A DNA stretch of 54,024 bases, taken from a virus (lineage: Duplodnaviria > Caudoviricetes). Shown here piece after piece: positions 51,695 through 54,024 of the stretch (positions are counted from its first letter, which is position 1; every line of letters starts with the position of its first letter). A model generated the notes under the pieces. It saw nothing but the letters and a program-made list of their open reading frames with translations, searched no databases and was not told the origin of the DNA. The stretch lies in IMG/VR virus record IMGVR_UViG_3300045994_000081, positions 1-54,024 of that record, one strand, 5' to 3'. The position numbers and the translations under genes are program-made.

Positions 51695-52542
51695 AAACTT
51701 CTAACCTTGTATTGGACGCATTGCTTGCAACAGGGTTCTTCGTTGTGGCGGAAGTCTATACGCTTGTCCTTCTTAGCGGAACCGCTTACCGTTTCACAAC
51801 AAGTGATATAGACCTTACTTATGGCGCAACCACTTGGAGAGCAGACGGACCTTTGTTCGAGCGCAGCACCGTCAAGCAAAGTGTAGGCGCAGCGGTCGAC
51901 AATATTACCGTTTCAATCTTCACGTCTTTGCTTGATACAATAGGCGGAATATCTTACCCGCAATTTGCAGTTCAGGGCGGATTAGACGGCGCGACAATCC
52001 TAATAGAACGCGCTTACGCGGCGTCATGGGGTCAACCTATTGCGGGAAGGTTGCATGTTTTTGAAGGGCGTGTAAGTGATGCAAAACCCTCCCGCTTCGG
52101 AGTGGTATGTTCTGTAAAAGCAGAGAACGAACTTCTTAACGCGCAAATGCCCCGCAACATTTACGACCCTGGCTGCATTCATACGCTTTATGATACAGGT
52201 TGCACGGTAAGCCGAAGCGCGTTGACGGTAAGCGGTGCGGTGAATGGCACAAGCTCCGGAAGTAATGTGGTCACAAACGTAAGGGCAGCGACAGCCTATT
52301 ACGCGCAAGGTGTTATCGCATTCACGTCAGGCCCTAACAACGGGGAACGACGCACCGTTAAAAGCTTCTCAGGTGGCGTAGTTGTGCCTATACGCGCTTT
52401 CCGGTCGGTTCCTACTATAGGAGACACGTTTATCATATATCCTGGCTGCAATCGCTTGCAAAGTACCTGCACAATCAAGTTTTCAAACCTTCCGAATTTC
52501 AGGGGGTATCCATATATCCCAGTACCGGAGACCGCAATATGA
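51691..52542 (+). CDS. Baseplate hub protein (DUF2163/TIGR02218-like)
   Basis: C.HTLYDTGC, GPNNG, GDTF..YPGC.....C..KFSN..NFRGYPYIP; start ATG 51691. Confidence 0.88.
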   Translation: MKTSNLVLDALLATGFFVVAEVYTLVLLSGTAYRFTTSDIDLTYGATTWRADGPLFERSTVKQSVGAAVDNITVSIFTSLLDTIGGISYPQFAVQGGLDGATILIERAYAASWGQPIAGRLHVFEGRVSDAKPSRFGVVCSVKAENELLNAQMPRNIYDPGCIHTLYDTGCTVSRSALTVSGAVNGTSSGSNVVTNVRAATAYYAQGVIAFTSGPNNGERRTVKSFSGGVVVPIRAFRSVPTIGDTFIIYPGCNRLQSTCTIKFSNLPNFRGYPYIPVPETAI

Positions 52543-52961
52543 CACCCGAAAAGATTGTTGAAGAAGCAAGAACTTGGCTCAAAACTCCTTGGATTCATGA
52601 AGCACGGATTAAGGGCGCAGGGGTAGACTGTGCAAACTTCTTGATAGGCGTCTACGCAGAGGTAGGACTTATTGAACCGTTTACTCCCGCACATTATCCG
52701 CCAGACTGGATGTTGCATCAAGAAGGCGAACTGTTCTTGCAGTACCTTCTTAAATACACGGTAAAGGTTGACAACATACAGCCTGGAGATGTCGTTATGT
52801 ATAAGTTCGGTCGCACGGAATCTCACGGTGCAATCGTTACAAAGTGGCCTGAAATAATACACGCATACAGACCCGAGCAGATGGTCGTTTACGGGAACGG
52901 GGAATCGCTTGCGATGAAGGACAGACTTGCAGGTATTTATCGACACAAGGATTTCAAATGA
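52539..52961 (+). CDS. NlpC/P60 tail-associated peptidase
   Basis: EARTWL.TPW.H, GVDC, PGDV, SHGAI, IIHA. Confidence 0.9.
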   Translation: MTPEKIVEEARTWLKTPWIHEARIKGAGVDCANFLIGVYAEVGLIEPFTPAHYPPDWMLHQEGELFLQYLLKYTVKVDNIQPGDVVMYKFGRTESHGAIVTKWPEIIHAYRPEQMVVYGNGESLAMKDRLAGIYRHKDFK

Positions 52962-54024
52962 GTGGTCTTATAGGTAGCAAGCCAAGCGCAGCAGCGCCAA
53001 ATTTACTCTCAGGAATGACAATACAGACCAGTTCTTACGGTCTTCCTATTCCCATTCTTTACGGTAAGACACGCATCTGCGGAAATTTAATCTGGTATTC
53101 AAACTTTCAAGCTATACAAAGCGGTTCGCAGGGTGGCGGTAAAGGAGGCGGCGGCGGAGGAGGAAGCGCGACGTATAACTATTATGCGGCACTTATGTTC
53201 TCTCTATGCGAAGGACCGATAAGCGGGATTTCACAGTGCTGGGCGACTAAGACAAAAGACACTCCTGGCAATACCGGATTTTCGGACGTGTTTGCGGGCA
53301 ATTACCCAGAAACGACATGGGGCTTCCTGACCACAAATTATCCCGCCAAAGCAGTCGCGTATAACGGAACCGCTCGGATTGCAAGCGCAGCGTTCCCACT
53401 AGGAACAAGCGGTCAAATTCCAAACTTGACATATGAAACAAGCAAGATGAGCTATAGCCCAGCGGGTGACGCAAGGGTCGATCTTGTTATTACTGATTTT
53501 CTGACAAGCGTCCATTATGGCGTACCGTCTTTCAATAGCTCAAGACTGGGAGACTTGTCTTTGCTGCAAGCTGCAACCGTTGCGAACGATATTTTTATCA
53601 GTCCGTACTTAGACGCGCAGACGCCCGCAATTGCGTGGCTTTCTGACTGGGCAAGGATTGCGAATTGTGGAATGGTATGGTCCGAAGGTAAGCTGAAATT
53701 CATTCCCTTTTGGGATAGCGCAGCAACCGGAACCGCGTTCCCGCTGGTATCTTTTACGCCAGACCTTACTCCTCAATACGACTTGACGGACGAAGACTTT
53801 CTACACGATAAAGGTAATTCGGTTGGACCTGTAGAATGCGACCGTAAGTCACCAGCAGATGCATTTAATAGTATCGAGCTTGAATACCTTAATCGCACAC
53901 ACGATTACAATGTGGAAGTCATTAAGGTTAAAGACCAAAGCAGCATTGAACAGCACGGTCTTCTAGTTGCACCAATCATTAAAATGCACGCCATAACGGA
54001 AGCCAAGGTTGCACAGGCAACCGC
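52958..54024 (+). CDS. Central tail fibre / tail-tip protein, 5' part (continues at base 1)
   Basis: ATG 52958 (ATGA overlap): MSGLIG...QTSSYGLPIPILYGKTRICGNLIW...GGKGGGG...CEGPI; runs off the window end, so absent from the ORF track. Confidence 0.88.
   Translation, partial: MSGLIGSKPSAAAPNLLSGMTIQTSSYGLPIPILYGKTRICGNLIWYSNFQAIQSGSQGGGKGGGGGGGSATYNYYAALMFSLCEGPISGISQCWATKTKDTPGNTGFSDVFAGNYPETTWGFLTTNYPAKAVAYNGTARIASAAFPLGTSGQIPNLTYETSKMSYSPAGDARVDLVITDFLTSVHYGVPSFNSSRLGDLSLLQAATVANDIFISPYLDAQTPAIAWLSDWARIANCGMVWSEGKLKFIPFWDSAATGTAFPLVSFTPDLTPQYDLTDEDFLHDKGNSVGPVECDRKSPADAFNSIELEYLNRTHDYNVEVIKVKDQSSIEQHGLLVAPIIKMHAITEAKVAQAT
53804..54024. repeat. Terminal direct repeat, copy 2
   Basis: Matches 1-221 with a single mismatch. 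Confidence 0.97.

Noticed and set aside
1-54024. Apparent excess of TTGCA/CTTGCAAG words
   Set aside because: Largely explicable by CTT (Leu) and GCA (Ala) codon preference; cannot be called without a codon-aware k-mer count

Overview
This window is an essentially complete, circularly assembled genome of a lytic-looking siphovirus infecting a Gram-negative host (it encodes i/o-spanins). Unit length is 53,803 bp: bases 1-221 are repeated at 53804-54024 with one mismatch, inside the central tail-fibre gene. The leftward arm (~4973-27986) encodes replication and nucleotide functions: family-B-type DNA polymerase, beta-clamp homologue, SF2 helicase, Cas4/RecB-like nuclease, SSB, Sak4-like ATPase, ligase, ThyA, MazG-like protein and a prim-pol/helicase. 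It also carries a full 7-deazaguanine DNA-modification cluster (queE, queC, arcS-like, queD, PRTase-folE fusion, dpdA). An ~870 bp non-coding switch region (27987-28855) has iteron-like repeats and a structured leader. The rightward arm holds small early genes (including denV), then packaging, head, head-fibre, tail, GTA-like tail-tip and lysis modules. I saw no integrase, tRNA, CRISPR array or reverse transcriptase. The most notable items are: (1) a PRTase fused to FolE, a stand-alone ArcS core with no RaSEA partner, and a QueC lacking its zinc cysteines; (2) an N-terminal cleavage-only Hint domain on a head-fibre protein; (3) a release-factor domain lacking GGQ; (4) two non-SSB proteins ending in the host SSB tail DDDIPF. 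All protein family calls come from motif recognition by eye, not database searches.
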